A DNA stretch of 64,000 bases from Acutalibacteraceae bacterium (GTDB taxonomy: Bacteria > Bacillota > Clostridia > Oscillospirales > Acutalibacteraceae), in contig JAZRNV010000089.1 in the NCBI GenBank assembly GCA_045648425.1, positions 17,691 to 81,690 on the forward strand, in the 5' to 3' direction. The position numbers and the translations under genes are program-made. This document shows, piece after piece, positions 63,695-64,000 of the stretch (positions are counted from its first letter, which is position 1; the number at the start of each line of letters is the position of its first letter). The notes beneath the pieces were generated by a model. That model made no database searches. It saw only the letters and a list, made by a program, of their open reading frames with translations, and was not told the DNA's origin.

Positions 63695-64000
63695 TCATTT
63701 TTCGAACTTTTGACCTTTTGATGCATCACAGGCCTTCATCTTCCATATACCTCGACAGGCGGCCGTAACTATGATTTCTCGGGTTGATTGGATAAAGCTG
63801 ATTGAGGTAGCGTTGCGTCCGCCGTCGGGACAGTTGTCACGACCGTCACCTACTGTGCGGCAAAGGTTGGTCCAGGTTTTACCGCCATCAAGTGAACGGC
63901 AGACCGAAGCAACGTTGTAGTTGGTGTAGGTACTGTAGGAAACATAGATAATATTGGGGTTTTCGGGGTCAACACAAACGCCGCCTGCCGAAACACCGTA
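63695..64000 (-). CDS. Asp-box repeat protein, C-terminal fragment (paralog 4; gene continues past the right edge)
   Basis: Own reverse-strand translation ends ...ACRGIWKMKACDASKGQKFEK with TGA at 63697..63695. It carries the conserved C-terminal CRG(V/I/M)(Y/W)K(I/M) motif and a DGGKTW box upstream. It is absent from the ORF track because no start lies in the window. Confidence 0.6.
   Translation of the reverse strand, partial: YGVSAGGVCVDPENPNIIYVSYSTYTNYNVASVCRSLDGGKTWTNLCRTVGDGRDNCPDGGRNATSISFIQSTREIIVTAACRGIWKMKACDASKGQKFEK

Noticed and set aside
1-64000. Search for mobile elements, prophage genes, toxin-antitoxin pairs, restriction-modification or other defence systems
   Set aside because: No transposase, integrase, recombinase, terminal inverted repeats, nuclease/helicase/methylase combinations or small paired ORFs typical of such systems were recognisable. 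The window reads as core or accessory metabolism.

Overview
A 64-kb chromosomal window that is almost fully coding. Gene content looks Clostridia/Firmicutes-like: AGGAGG-type RBSs, lipoprotein solute-binding proteins and fakAB. I recognised no rRNA, tRNA, CRISPR array, transposase, integrase, phage or defence genes. Layout from left to right: (1) nudF and an M14 peptidase. (2) A BMP-family nucleoside-type ABC importer operon. (3) rsmE-rsmF. (4) Two paralogous zinc-ribbon membrane proteins; one carries perfect APAAPAYE repeats and a pure Asp/Tyr tail. (5) A tightly packed lipid-acylation cluster: a divergent adenylase-carrier fusion, two PlsC-type acyltransferases, a free carrier protein, an LRAT/PLAAT-like thiol acyltransferase and a membrane protein, followed by two alpha/beta hydrolases and a membrane GT2. 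This cluster lies convergent to fakB-fakB-fakA-plsX. (6) A hydrolase, a CE4 deacetylase, mgsA, a stand-alone FakA-middle-domain mini-protein and rlmA. (7) Zinc genes (a ZIP transporter, and zur-znuACB with a clear operator palindrome), a heterodimeric ABC exporter, a CysK-like enzyme and proCBA. (8) From 39.3 kb to the right edge, a 25-kb glycan-utilisation locus entirely on the minus strand. It has two permease pairs and no ATPase, a 991-aa solute-binding protein with a long N-terminal extension, four tandem SBP paralogs and four tandem Asp-box double-propeller (GH74-like) paralogs. An uncharacterised secreted/membrane trio (beta-propeller/TPR protein, Yip1-like protein, 785-aa secreted protein) sits between the permease pairs. 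The best candidates for undescribed biology are the lipid-acylation cluster and the trio embedded in the ABC locus. All family assignments come from motif reading and memory; no database search was run.
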